A DNA stretch of 64,000 nt from NCBI GenBank assembly GCA_024790105.1, contig GCA_024790105.1_3053.1, one strand, 5' to 3'. A model generated the notes under the pieces. That model was not told the DNA's origin, ran no database searches, and saw only the letters and a list, made by a program, of their open reading frames with translations. Position numbers and translations under genes: made by a program. Positions 39,808 through 49,391 of the stretch are shown here, one piece after another. Each line of letters starts with the position of its first letter. Within the stretch, counting starts at the first letter, position 1. Source of the stretch: a phage.

Positions 39808-40524
39808 ATGAATTATAAACTAATTTATGAAAAGTTAATATCTAATGCTAAATCTCGAAAACTTGATTGCTATACTGAATCTCATCACATTATACCGCGC
39901 TGTTTAAATGGAAGTGATGATGCTTCAAACTTAGTAGATTTAACACCAGAAGAGCACTATGTAGCTCATCAACTTTTAGTAAAAATTTATCCTTCTGAAC
40001 CAAAATTAGTCTATGCTGCTAACATGATGACAGTTTCTACGAAATACGCTAAACGCAACAATAAAACTTTCGGTTGGATTCGTCGTAAACTCTGGGAAAT
40101 AGAAAAGAACAAAGAATTCTCCCAGGAGACACGAAAGAAAATGTCTGATGCAGTAGCTAATAAAGCAAGACTAACTTGTCCTCATTGCGGTAAGTCTGGA
40201 TTAAGCGGGAATATGAATCGTTGGCATTTTGATAACTGCCCAAATCACCCTAATCCTAAAGTTAGACCACCAATGTCTAAAGAACACAGAAATAATATCT
40301 CAAACGGGCTTAAAGCAATCGTTCTTGAAGAAACATCCTGCGAATTCTGCGGAATGATAGGCAAGAAATGCGTTATCGCAGCGCATAGAAATTTCTGCAA
40401 GAAAAATCCAAATGGACGCAAGAAAACTGAAAAGACTGGTACTTGCGTCCATTGCGGTAAAGTTACCACTTTCGGAAATTTATCAAGGTGGCATAATGAT
40501 AACTGTAAATATAAACCTAGCTAA
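39808..40524 (+). CDS. Mob-family HNH homing endonuclease (238 aa) on plus strand
   Basis: ATG 39808 with AAGGAT SD; ESHHIIPRCLNGSDDASNLV...H motif similar to MobA N-terminus; duplicated CxxC...WHxDNC modules. Confidence 0.8.
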   Translation: MNYKLIYEKLISNAKSRKLDCYTESHHIIPRCLNGSDDASNLVDLTPEEHYVAHQLLVKIYPSEPKLVYAANMMTVSTKYAKRNNKTFGWIRRKLWEIEKNKEFSQETRKKMSDAVANKARLTCPHCGKSGLSGNMNRWHFDNCPNHPNPKVRPPMSKEHRNNISNGLKAIVLEETSCEFCGMIGKKCVIAAHRNFCKKNPNGRKKTEKTGTCVHCGKVTTFGNLSRWHNDNCKYKPS

Positions 40525-42205
40525 TCTTAGCTAAACTAAATCTACCAACTTTTTCCATCTGAATATGCTGACCATATTCTTGTGGGTCATGGTCTTTATG
40601 CGAAATTATGAAGAAGTTGGTATCCTTCAAACCATCTAAAATTTTAGCTACATTTTTAATGCCTTCAGCATCAAATGCACCATCATACACTTCATCAAGA
40701 AATAAACAACTTATTTTAACACCTGAAACTTTTTCAGCAATATCACGCCAAGTAAATAAAAGAGCAATATCAATTCGTGCTTTTTCGCCTTGACTAAATG
40801 AAGCATAACTAAAATCTTCACGACCACGGGATTTAATTGTCTCATTAAATTCTTCATCTAATGTAAACACATAATCCGCTTCCATTATTTTAAGATAATG
40901 GTTAATCTGCTTATTAAATAATGGAATGTACTTTTTAATAATAGCACCTTTAATACCAGAATCTTTGAGCATATCAGTCAAAATTCCTCGGTGGTATTTT
41001 TCCATTACTAAATTAGTTTTTGTCTTAACAATTTTATCAAGTTCTTCTTGAAGCAGTGCTATTTCATCAGCATGGTCAATAAACTCAGAAGATGCTTTTT
41101 CTATAGCTGCTTTAACTTTTTTAGCTTTATCTACCGTCGTGATTAGAGATTGCTTTTTATTGCGAATATCATTTGCCAACGACTGCTGGGTTTTAATATT
41201 ATCTCGGTATTCATCAACAAGAACTTTTAAATTATCACGATGTGTTGAAAGCTGTTCAAACGAATGCGTACATTCAGAAACTTTATCTTTAATTTTAGAA
41301 ACAACTTTATCACCGGAACTTAATTGTGACAGACAGGTTGGACATAATCCGCCTTCGTGATACATATTAATGACTTTATTATACGAGTCAATTTTTGATT
41401 TAATTAAAACTGCTTCTTGACCGATTTTATTAAATGCATCAGTCGGGTCTTCATCCAAAACAATATTAACTAATCTTTCATTAGCTTCTTCTATTTCCGA
41501 TTTTAGCGTTCTAGCTTCTTTTGCCAAATCATCATACATATTTTGTAGACGAGTAAGGTTGTCACCCGTTAATTTTTTCTGGCGTTCAACGTTATCATTA
41601 TATATTTTAATTTGTTGGATAATACTATCTTTTTTAACATCAAGCACTTGGTTTTGTGAATTTAATTCACGTATTAGTGCTTTATTAAGCTTATCCATTT
41701 CAGCTAATGTTCCTACCTCAAGCAGGTCTTCCACAAGCTTTCTTCGCGCAGGGGTCGACAAACCCATGAAAGGGGTATACCCTGCTGTACCAAGGACAAC
41801 AATCTGCTTGAAACTGGCATATGACATTCCGATAAGCTGTTCAAATTCTGCTTGGAAATCTTTACTGCTGGCAGATTCATTAAGACGTGTACCGTTAACG
41901 GTGATTTCGAAAACGTTTGGTTTTTGTCCTCTTTTGATATAGTACTTTTTCTCATCATATTCCATCCACAGTTCAACTAAAAGTTCTTTCTTATTTGTGC
42001 TGTTTATTAATTGACCTTTCTTTACATCACGAAATGGCTTGCCAAAAAGCCCAAATGTGATGGCTTCTAACATAGTAGACTTACCACCGCCATTTCGTCC
42101 AGTAATAAGAGTTTTTTGAACCTTATCTAATTGAATGTCAATCCCATTTTGACCAACTGACATTATATTTTTATATTTTACTCTGTTAAGTTTAAAATTC
42201 TTCAC
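40517..42205 (-). CDS. 46: recombination nuclease subunit gp46 (SbcC/Rad50-like)
   Basis: 562 aa; GTG 42205 overlapping upstream stop with AAGGAA SD; Walker A GRNGGGKST. Confidence 0.9.
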   Translation of the reverse strand: MKNFKLNRVKYKNIMSVGQNGIDIQLDKVQKTLITGRNGGGKSTMLEAITFGLFGKPFRDVKKGQLINSTNKKELLVELWMEYDEKKYYIKRGQKPNVFEITVNGTRLNESASSKDFQAEFEQLIGMSYASFKQIVVLGTAGYTPFMGLSTPARRKLVEDLLEVGTLAEMDKLNKALIRELNSQNQVLDVKKDSIIQQIKIYNDNVERQKKLTGDNLTRLQNMYDDLAKEARTLKSEIEEANERLVNIVLDEDPTDAFNKIGQEAVLIKSKIDSYNKVINMYHEGGLCPTCLSQLSSGDKVVSKIKDKVSECTHSFEQLSTHRDNLKVLVDEYRDNIKTQQSLANDIRNKKQSLITTVDKAKKVKAAIEKASSEFIDHADEIALLQEELDKIVKTKTNLVMEKYHRGILTDMLKDSGIKGAIIKKYIPLFNKQINHYLKIMEADYVFTLDEEFNETIKSRGREDFSYASFSQGEKARIDIALLFTWRDIAEKVSGVKISCLFLDEVYDGAFDAEGIKNVAKILDGLKDTNFFIISHKDHDPQEYGQHIQMEKVGRFSLAKIS

Positions 42206-42465
42206 AAAAGATTCCTTTTAATGTATCTTTTAGACCATTCTATCATATCATCATAATCTAAAAAGTATTCATCAAATTCAGCCATGCAAACAACACCTTG
42301 TGCTGTTTTTGATGTGATATAAATTATTCCAACATATCTAGAATCTTCTTCGGTATAATCAATATTTGCTATGAATTCATCGTTAATGTCAAATGTCGAA
42401 AACTTCACAGTATGCATCCTTAATACAAGATACAGCCATATCTCGTAATGATTTGGGTGTGTCAT
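42202..42465 (-). CDS. hypothetical protein (up to 87 aa; start uncertain)
   Basis: ORF overlaps upstream ORF by 77 nt; alternative ATG at 42417; no good SD for either. Confidence 0.45.
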   Translation of the reverse strand: MTHPNHYEIWLYLVLRMHTVKFSTFDINDEFIANIDYTEEDSRYVGIIYITSKTAQGVVCMAEFDEYFLDYDDMIEWSKRYIKRNLL

Positions 42466-42652
42466 TATCTAAAATGTTGAAGTTAAAAGATACAGCCCAG
42501 TCAGTGCAGACCGTAACCTTTTTAATACAATTATCTTCAACCTCTAGCGGTTCAAACCAATATTCAATAATTTCTTTATGCCCAATATCATCTTTTACTT
42601 CGCATTCAAAATGCTGACTCATCATAACATTTTTAAATTCATCAAAAGTCAT
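42389..42652 (-). CDS. hypothetical protein (87 aa)
   Basis: ATG 42652 with AGAGG SD; ATGA overlap with gene 47. Confidence 0.6.
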   Translation of the reverse strand: MTFDEFKNVMMSQHFECEVKDDIGHKEIIEYWFEPLEVEDNCIKKVTVCTDWAVSFNFNILDNDTPKSLRDMAVSCIKDAYCEVFDI

Positions 42653-43668
42653 TGTGTTGCCTCTACATATAACTGATTTGCATATTGAATAAGTGCTTCA
42701 CGGTCAGAATCAGTGATGTCTGGAATTGCATTAATGTATTCTTCCATCAACGTCTGAAGAGATTGAACTTCAACTTCTTCACTATCATCTGACTCGACAG
42801 AGTTATCAATCTTTGACACAACTCGTAATGAATGCACAACTTTTTCTAGTTCAGATTCGAACTTCGTTAGATTTTTGTCTACCTCAGTTACTATAACACG
42901 TACTGATAGATTTGTAAAATCTTTATAGTCAATTTTTCCCTTAAATGGATATTGAATTCGACGATGCCAGGTGGTGTTGTTTGGAATAAATTCCATTCGT
43001 TCTGTTTCTGTATCAAACATCCAGAACCCACGAGGGTCATTCTCGTCACCTGCAGTTAGTGTCCATGGTGTCCCAATATATCTGACGTTAGCAGCCTCAG
43101 AGATAGTATGGAAGTGACCAGACCACACCTCTTTATAAGTCTTAAGGAAATCAGGTTCAAGACCGTGAGATTTCATTCCTTTATAAAAATAAAATCCATT
43201 CAATTCCCAGTGACCAACACAAAAAGAAGCAGATGAAGTTTTGATGTGTTCAAGAATTTCACCAGTGTTTTCTTCACACATCCAAGGAATCAAATCAATC
43301 AAACATCCGTCAAAATCTACTGTAGTAGGCTTATCATATACTTTAACATTAGGATATTTAGCCAAAAGCTCAGTAGAGGCATTTGGATGCATTACATTTT
43401 TGTAGTGAAGATCGTGATTTCCTACAATAGTATGTAATGTGATTCCAGCACCATCAAGCATTTGAACTATTTCACGGGCAAACTCCATAGTTTTATGCGT
43501 GATTGCTTTTCGCACATCAAAAATATCACCGTATTGAATCCAGGTAGTAATTCCATTTTTCTTAGAATATTCTATTGCTTGTTTAATTCCATCAATTTGA
43601 ATACCGCGAATCCACTCATCATCAGCTTTAACGCCTAAATGCCAATCACCTAAATTTAAAATTTTCAT
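42649..43668 (-). CDS. 47: recombination nuclease subunit gp47 (SbcD/Mre11-like)
   Basis: 339 aa; phosphoesterase motifs DWHLG, GDIFD, GNHD. Confidence 0.9.
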   Translation of the reverse strand: MKILNLGDWHLGVKADDEWIRGIQIDGIKQAIEYSKKNGITTWIQYGDIFDVRKAITHKTMEFAREIVQMLDGAGITLHTIVGNHDLHYKNVMHPNASTELLAKYPNVKVYDKPTTVDFDGCLIDLIPWMCEENTGEILEHIKTSSASFCVGHWELNGFYFYKGMKSHGLEPDFLKTYKEVWSGHFHTISEAANVRYIGTPWTLTAGDENDPRGFWMFDTETERMEFIPNNTTWHRRIQYPFKGKIDYKDFTNLSVRVIVTEVDKNLTKFESELEKVVHSLRVVSKIDNSVESDDSEEVEVQSLQTLMEEYINAIPDITDSDREALIQYANQLYVEATQ

Positions 43669-43805
43669 ATATCAAGAACCGTCATTGAAATGCAAAATAA
43701 AATTATTGAAATAAATCCATCTGGAGTGCTAAAGAACCCAATCCAACATGCTCTAGTGAATAGATAAAATGCAAGAAAAAGTATCACATATCCAAGAAAT
43801 ATCAT
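43665..43805 (-). CDS. tiny hydrophobic ORF (46 aa)
   Basis: ATG 43805, stop overlaps gene 47 start (ATGA). Confidence 0.3.
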   Translation of the reverse strand: MIFLGYVILFLAFYLFTRACWIGFFSTPDGFISIILFCISMTVLDI

Positions 43806-43828
43806 TATATCAAACTCTGTATAAAGCT
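43804..43828 (-). promoter_or_regulatory. MotA-box middle-promoter-like element
   Basis: minus strand aGCTTTAt then 12 nt then TATAAT. Confidence 0.4.
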
Positions 43829-43846
43829 AAAGGGCCGAAGCCCTTT
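43829..43846 (-). terminator. C(UUCG)G hairpin at a-gt stop
   Basis: AAAGGGC-cgaa-GCCCTTT overlapping a-gt stop codon. Confidence 0.5.
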
Positions 43847-45047
43847 ATTTTGTAATAATGTCAAACTGTTCTTTAAAGCAGAAGCTTGAATCTTGGTGCT
43901 GATACAAAAATTCATATGCTTTTTCTCGCTCGCGGTCATAAAGAGCTCGGTCAGATGACAGTTCTTTAATACGTTCAAATGTTGATTCCATGTCATTTTC
44001 ATCAAACCAAATGATACCGCTATCATGCGAGGTCAAAGGAGTATTATCAACACGGAATTTTAAATTTTCGCCAGTAGATTTCCAAAATACCGGAATTGTT
44101 CCACATGCACCAAGCTCGAGATGAGTATATTCTAAAGAACGTTGCAGATATTTTTTATCCAACTTACTCAACTGATAACCAAAACCGGATTTACTCATGC
44201 GTTCAAGCATTTCGCTATTTACATAACGGTCAAGAATTTGCGTTGGCAAATTAGGAGCAATTTTAATTTGGTCTACTTGATGAAGACGATAATACTCGTA
44301 TGGAATTCCCTTTTCTTTAATAGGAATGAACGCTGGAGAACGTTCCAGACCTTCCATAATAGTACTTAGTCCTGCAGGTTTAAGATGTTTTTCGTGAAAA
44401 TCAAACATCTGATAAAAGCCTTTCCATGTAGTAGTACGACCAATCCAACGGTTGATATTCATGTTAATTTCAGAAACATCTTTCCAATAGGTTGATCGAA
44501 CCTTCGCAATATCCATAGGAGGCTGGAAGTTATATACGGTCGGTGCTTCTTCAATATCATCAAACAGAGAAACTGTTTCTGGATACCATTCTTTCATTAA
44601 AACTTTATTAAAATCACCATTATCAGAATGACTAAAAATAACATCAGCTCGACGAACAGTTTCTTCTAATCCCAAATTTCGGCGCAAAGAAAGAGAAGAA
44701 TGGTCATGCTGATAAACTACAACACGAACCGAAGGTTTAATGTTATCAATAATTTTTTTATAGTTATTGATGGTGTCTTCTTCAACCGAAGTAGCAGGAA
44801 CTGAATTGATAATTAGAATATCACAATCATTTACCAGCTTAAGTGTTTTATCATATTCTTTTGCCAATAAAACCGGAATTGAAAATGATTTATAATCATG
44901 CGCGCAATTACGAGTAAATGATTTATCTTTAGCATAAACCAAAGTTACTTCATGACCATTTTTAATAAACCAATCACGTTGCTCGAGTGAGAATTTTGTT
45001 ACACCACAACCTTCAAGACCTCGAGCCAGAAAAATGCATACTTTCAT
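43845..45047 (-). CDS. a-gt: DNA alpha-glucosyltransferase
   Basis: 400 aa; ATG 45047 with GAGGATATTA SD; recognised sequence. Confidence 0.9.
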   Translation of the reverse strand: MKVCIFLARGLEGCGVTKFSLEQRDWFIKNGHEVTLVYAKDKSFTRNCAHDYKSFSIPVLLAKEYDKTLKLVNDCDILIINSVPATSVEEDTINNYKKIIDNIKPSVRVVVYQHDHSSLSLRRNLGLEETVRRADVIFSHSDNGDFNKVLMKEWYPETVSLFDDIEEAPTVYNFQPPMDIAKVRSTYWKDVSEINMNINRWIGRTTTWKGFYQMFDFHEKHLKPAGLSTIMEGLERSPAFIPIKEKGIPYEYYRLHQVDQIKIAPNLPTQILDRYVNSEMLERMSKSGFGYQLSKLDKKYLQRSLEYTHLELGACGTIPVFWKSTGENLKFRVDNTPLTSHDSGIIWFDENDMESTFERIKELSSDRALYDREREKAYEFLYQHQDSSFCFKEQFDIITK

Positions 45048-45077
45048 TTAATATCCTCATTGTTTTGGTTTATTTTA

Positions 45078-45118
45078 CCAAAAAAATTATAAAGCAATAT
45101 AGGAGCCGAAGCTCCTAT
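45078..45118 (-). terminator. rho-independent terminator
   Basis: ATAGGAGC-cgaa-GCTCCTAT hairpin followed by U-run on minus strand. Confidence 0.55.
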
Positions 45119-45288
45119 CCACATAATACGCCATACAGAGGCTCGTTAGAACTTTTAAATTTTATGCGCTTATATGTTATAGTTCCTTCTGCTTTAGCTT
45201 TATCATGAGACTCTTTAAAGCGTCTCATCATTTCTACTTTAGAGGAACGAATTTTATTATAATCTATTTCAGAAGTCTGGGTGTTCAT
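45115..45288 (-). CDS. small ORF (57 aa)
   Basis: ATG 45288; stop lies inside terminator hairpin. Confidence 0.4.
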   Translation of the reverse strand: MNTQTSEIDYNKIRSSKVEMMRRFKESHDKAKAEGTITYKRIKFKSSNEPLYGVLCG

Positions 45289-45291
45289 CTT

Positions 45292-45495
45292 TCACAGTTG
45301 CCACCATTTTTTGACTTGATAAGAATCAACCCACACTTTCATATTAGGGTCTGCTCTTACAATAGGAGGATTAACTTCTTTAATTGAACTATCATGGTAT
45401 TCTTTTTCAGAAATTTTCACACAAAGATGACCATTCAAAGATTCAGTAAATCCTGCATTAATTTTAAGACGCTTGAATTTTACGTGTGTAAGCAT
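45292..45495 (-). CDS. hypothetical protein (67 aa)
   Basis: ATG 45495 with GAGGATATGATTG SD. Confidence 0.5.
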   Translation of the reverse strand: MLTHVKFKRLKINAGFTESLNGHLCVKISEKEYHDSSIKEVNPPIVRADPNMKVWVDSYQVKKWWQL

Positions 45496-45781
45496 CAATC
45501 ATATCCTCAATTTGCGATCTAGTAGTCTTCCAAAGAATACTGATGAGTTCATCGTTATATGGCTGTTTTAGAATATCCCGACTTTTCTTGATAGCATATT
45601 CGTATTGAGCAAAATTATTGTTTTCAGCTGCAATCTGAGCGTGCTTATAAAGACGATTCAGTTCGCGTTTGTTTTTAGACAATAACTTATTTGCTTTTCT
45701 TTCTGCTTCAAGACGGTTCTTTTCTTCAATAGAAGAAATAAGCTTTTCCACTTCATCATTAATTTCGGGTTTATCAGTCAT
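45464..45781 (-). CDS. hypothetical protein (105 aa)
   Basis: ATG 45781 with AGAGAAATAAT SD. Confidence 0.6.
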   Translation of the reverse strand: MTDKPEINDEVEKLISSIEEKNRLEAERKANKLLSKNKRELNRLYKHAQIAAENNNFAQYEYAIKKSRDILKQPYNDELISILWKTTRSQIEDMIDAYTRKIQAS

Positions 45782-45782
45782 A

Positions 45783-46001
45783 TTATTTCTCTAATATAAA
45801 ATAAAAATCATCATCTGTTAAATGATACCGATAGTTTAATTCTACACCATTAGATTTAAAAGCGGTATCATACGGATTTTCTGGATCAATATCAATGTCA
45901 AGAGCTAAAACTTCCCTGAGATACATTTTAAGTAAATAGGGAATAGCTTCAACTTCAGGTATTTCTTCCAAGAATCCGGAGAGGTTAATCGTTAGCCTCA
46001 T
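45783..46001 (-). CDS. hypothetical protein (72 aa)
   Basis: ATG 46001; overlaps gene 55 3' end. Confidence 0.55.
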
Positions 46002-46542
46002 ATAAAAAATCCAAACTAGGAGAATCGTCTACAACACTTTTCTTTTCAGCCCCCGGTGTTCTATAGGTTGATTCTTCGTAATGCGTCATTTTATCGTAGA
46101 TGTCTTGAATAAAAGTTTCATCTACTAACGCAACCATATCGTCGTCACGACTGTCATAGACATTGTGAACGAAGTAACTATATTTCTTTGCAACTTCCTT
46201 ACGTTCTTTTTTAATACGCTGGACGAATGCATTAAAACAAGCTTGAGTTATATATGCATGCGGGTTTTTATATTTCGTTTCATCAAAATTGTGAAGCCCC
46301 TTAATAGAAGCTTCTATACCATCTGCAATCATTTCTTGTTTCCAAGACTGGGTGTATCCTGAAAAGTTGAAACGTTTAGATAAGCCTTCTGCAATAAGCA
46401 TAATGGCTAATCCGATAGTATCATTCTGACGAACTACTTTATTTGGGTCTTTATTATTTGCTAATTCTGTTTTCCAATCAATAATAGCTTGTAAAAGCTC
46501 TTTATTGTTTACGTAATTATATTTAGGCTTAGTTTCTGACAT
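45985..46542 (-). CDS. 55: late sigma factor gp55
   Basis: 185 aa from ATG 46542 ([20 protein letters not shown]...) with AGAGGTGAAA SD. Confidence 0.9.
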
Positions 46543-46620
46543 TTTCACCTCTTAGCTCAATTCATAGATCTATTATATCATAATATTTGAAGATCTATCT
46601 TAAAGCATAGAGGATATCAG

Positions 46621-46890
46621 TTATCTAAGTAAACAGTATGCTTGGAACACTTTCTCCATCATCTTTTTAAATTCATGAATATCTATATAATGACTAGTTA
46701 AATCAGCATGATATAAAAAGTCTAAAAACTTTTCATGTGTACTAACATATTCACTTTCATTTAATTCAGAAACATGGCTTTCCCAATATCCAACACCAGT
46801 CTTATTTGGGAAAAATGAAATTTTCATGTATTGGTCAACATAGAAAATGCCATAATTTTCAATAGTAATAGAAATATTAATAAATTTCAT
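46621..46890 (-). CDS. hypothetical protein (89 aa)
   Basis: ATG 46890, ATGA overlap. Confidence 0.6.
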   Translation of the reverse strand: MKFINISITIENYGIFYVDQYMKISFFPNKTGVGYWESHVSELNESEYVSTHEKFLDFLYHADLTSHYIDIHEFKKMMEKVFQAYCLLR

Positions 46891-47102
46891 ACATTCATCA
46901 ACTTAGCCGCTTCAAGAGCTGCATCTAGTGAATCAAATTGGTCAACATATTCAATCAATTCGCCGTAATTGGCATATAACCACCATTGGCTAAATTCATA
47001 CTCAAGGATGAATCCGTTTCCTTCAATTTGAGTTAAACCAATGCCATTTGTATTTACTTCATATCCAGCAAGACGCAAATCGTTAATAAGAGCTTCGTTC
47101 AT
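46887..47102 (-). CDS. hypothetical protein (71 aa)
   Basis: ATG 47102 with AAGGT SD. Confidence 0.6.
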   Translation of the reverse strand: MNEALINDLRLAGYEVNTNGIGLTQIEGNGFILEYEFSQWWLYANYGELIEYVDQFDSLDAALEAAKLMNV

Positions 47103-47104
47103 AA

Positions 47105-47431
47105 TTATACCTTAGTAATTTTCAGGTCTGCAAATTTTTTCTTACGTTGATTTTTCATGCGACGAATAGTTTTATCGGAAATTTCATGCTTTTGATAAGC
47201 TTTAGATTCTACACCAAAAGCTTTAACATCAAATTCTGACAAGATATATTGAACCAACAATTCACGGACAGTATTGCGTCCAATCTTCTGATCATTCTGT
47301 TTCATCGTCTGATGAAGCTCTTTTTCCCATTTATCCAAAATTTGAGGAGTTACAATATCGCCTTTTTCTAGCAAAGAAACTACTTTATCATATGCGTAAG
47401 AATTGATGGCGTTTTTAATTTGAATAGTCAT
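47105..47431 (-). CDS. hypothetical protein (108 aa)
   Basis: ATG 47431 with GAGGATAATGT SD. Confidence 0.65.
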   Translation of the reverse strand: MTIQIKNAINSYAYDKVVSLLEKGDIVTPQILDKWEKELHQTMKQNDQKIGRNTVRELLVQYILSEFDVKAFGVESKAYQKHEISDKTIRRMKNQRKKKFADLKITKV

Positions 47432-47460
47432 ACATTATCCTCAATTACGTTAAAATTTTA

Positions 47461-47485
47461 TTATCCAAAAAGGGCCGAAGCCCTT
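47461..47485 (-). terminator. C(UUCG)G hairpin terminator
   Basis: AAAGGGC-cgaa-GCCCTT plus U-run on minus strand. Confidence 0.55.
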
Positions 47486-47684
47486 AGCTAAACTTTTTGG
47501 CACCCTTCCAGCCTTCGTACATCATTGCGACTGACAATGACAATGCTCCTTCACATGCTGCATACTTATTATTCCAGAACCAATTTAGAAAAACTTCATC
47601 CTCAATACCATTGTGTTTCATGTTCTGGAAAAATTTGGCGCGTTCTTCAGCAATTCGCTGCGATAATTTAGATTCAGGATTCAT
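47484..47684 (-). CDS. hypothetical protein (66 aa)
   Basis: ATG 47684. Confidence 0.6.
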   Translation of the reverse strand: MNPESKLSQRIAEERAKFFQNMKHNGIEDEVFLNWFWNNKYAACEGALSLSVAMMYEGWKGAKKFS

Positions 47685-47816
47685 TTAAATTTCCCAATTA
47701 CCATTTTCATCAATAAATTTAATCCAGTCATTTACTGACCACTTAGTTGTATCGCCTTTTGGAGTAGCATTTAAAGTATATAGCCCTTGCTTAAAAAGCA
47801 TTCGTTTGGTATTCAT
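47685..47816 (-). CDS. small ORF (43 aa)
   Basis: ATG 47816 with GAGGAAAAT SD; ORF-track start is TTG upstream. Confidence 0.4.
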   Translation of the reverse strand: MNTKRMLFKQGLYTLNATPKGDTTKWSVNDWIKFIDENGNWEI

Positions 47817-47823
47817 ATTTTCC

Positions 47824-48117
47824 TCAGCTGTAACGATAGCACTCGTTTGATTTACGTTTAGCAACTCGTTGAGAAATATTATAATCAAAATCATCGTCAA
47901 TGTAAACTGATTTTTTCAACTTTCTTACTTCACCACGTAATTGACGATTCAATTCATTCTTAACCTCTGAATCAACACCTCGCATACGTCGCCATTTATC
48001 TGAGCGAAAAATGTTTTCAACCATATCTTTATGACTTACACCATCAGGAGCTTTACGCTTTCCGAAATAGTCATAATCACGAACTTTCAAGTCTTTACGA
48101 CGATACGTTTTACCCAT
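47824..48117 (-). CDS. hypothetical basic protein (97 aa)
   Basis: ATG 48117 with AAGGAAATT SD. Confidence 0.55.
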   Translation of the reverse strand: MGKTYRRKDLKVRDYDYFGKRKAPDGVSHKDMVENIFRSDKWRRMRGVDSEVKNELNRQLRGEVRKLKKSVYIDDDFDYNISQRVAKRKSNECYRYS

Positions 48118-48292
48118 GGAGTTTAATTTCCTTAGCAACTGAACTAAATGCAGCACGATCGCAAATCATGCGTTTATGTAACTTGAGTATAATATAGCAA
48201 ACTTCAAAACTATTTACATGAGTAACACGAACAGCATTACCATTAATGAGATAATACTGTCCATTTTTAATTTCTTTATCAACCATAACCAT
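48110..48292 (-). CDS. hypothetical protein (60 aa)
   Basis: ATG 48292 with GAGGAATTGAT SD. Confidence 0.55.
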   Translation of the reverse strand: MVMVDKEIKNGQYYLINGNAVRVTHVNSFEVCYIILKLHKRMICDRAAFSSVAKEIKLHG

Positions 48293-48317
48293 ATCAATTC
48301 CTCAAAGGCAATTCATA

Positions 48318-48352
48318 TGTTAATAATACCACAGTTTGAGCTTGTTGTAAAC
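48318..48352 (-). promoter_or_regulatory. early promoter
   Basis: GTTTAC 48352-48347, -10 GGTATTATTA. Confidence 0.5.
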
Positions 48353-48450
48353 AACTTTGTGAAAATTATTTTAGGGAATGATAAGAAGGGAACGATAGCT
48401 TAGAATGGTAATATACAGAATGTGAGAAAGAAAGGCCCAGAGGGCCCGTC

Positions 48451-48774
48451 TTAGTCTTCTATGATATCTCTATCATATCCAAGTGAAATGAGAGTTTCTT
48501 TGAAGTGTTTAATGTTCTTTTGTCTAGAATCATTAATGAAAATGACTGGATAACGAATGTTAAGAGATGTGAATCCAGCGCGTTTAGCAAGAGATACAAT
48601 CAGCGGACGATCATACTCAATCTTACCGTTATTTGTAAGAACTTTATAGAAAGTAAAAGGAGCATTGAGCTCCTTTAGAAGTTTTGTAACTGATTGACAT
48701 CCAGGACAACGACCTACTTCTTCGGGGATGCCATAGATTTCAATCTTATTCTTTAAGTTCGAGTTTTGTTCCAC
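48451..48774 (-). CDS. glutaredoxin-like protein (CPGC active site), NrdH position
   Basis: KIEIYGIPEEVGRCPGCQ; no ATG near; GTG 48774 preceded by AAGGAA SD. Confidence 0.55.
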   Translation of the reverse strand: MEQNSNLKNKIEIYGIPEEVGRCPGCQSVTKLLKELNAPFTFYKVLTNNGKIEYDRPLIVSLAKRAGFTSLNIRYPVIFINDSRQKNIKHFKETLISLGYDRDIIED

Positions 48775-49057
48775 GAGAAATAATTCCTTGATAAGCCCAG
48801 TATGGCGGGTTAACAGAATCCTCACCAGAGTTTTCTTCAGGAAAATAAACCTGGATAACAAATCCAGATGCATCAAAGGTAAAATAAACCGTAGGCAGTT
48901 CACCTAACAACTCGGCACGAGCGTTGATTTCTTCGAGGTCTTGTTCACGTCCAGCCCAGAAGCTTGGGTTCAGACTACATTCATAGAAATAATAGTCATT
49001 ACCGAACATATCAAAACCCTTCCAACTCTCTACTACATACCGCTCAAAACTAATCAT
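48746..49057 (-). CDS. hypothetical protein (103 aa)
   Basis: ATG 49057. Confidence 0.6.
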   Translation of the reverse strand: MISFERYVVESWKGFDMFGNDYYFYECSLNPSFWAGREQDLEEINARAELLGELPTVYFTFDASGFVIQVYFPEENSGEDSVNPPYWAYQGIISRGTKLELKE

Positions 49058-49059
49058 AA

Positions 49060-49275
49060 TTAAGCCTTTTTATCAAGAACAGCATTCAGCTTGTTAATAA
49101 TTTTATCCAGACGCTCATTAAACTCACTAGAAGATAAGCCCTTTTCTGGAGAAATTAAACTAATCACGAAAAATATAGCAATAAAAGGAATAAGGAAAAT
49201 AGCTCCAACTGCCATAAACAGAAAGAATGTTACAGTTGTAAGAAAATCAGCTAAACCTTTACGAAATTTATACAT
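49060..49275 (-). CDS. small membrane protein (71 aa)
   Basis: ATG 49275 with AAGGGTAAAAT SD. Confidence 0.6.
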   Translation of the reverse strand: MYKFRKGLADFLTTVTFFLFMAVGAIFLIPFIAIFFVISLISPEKGLSSSEFNERLDKIINKLNAVLDKKA

Positions 49276-49391
49276 ATTTTACCCTTAATTGATTAACCAA
49301 GCATTGATAAGCACTAAACTATATTGGGAATAAAATTCTGGACCAAAAATGAAAAATCATATCATTTATAGTATCCATAATGTAATTCAAT

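Noticed and set aside
43805-44026. Minus-strand 73-aa ORF overlapping the 3' end of a-gt in another frame
   Set aside because: Almost fully nested in the a-gt coding region with no independent SD; the smaller 43665-43805 ORF is a better candidate.
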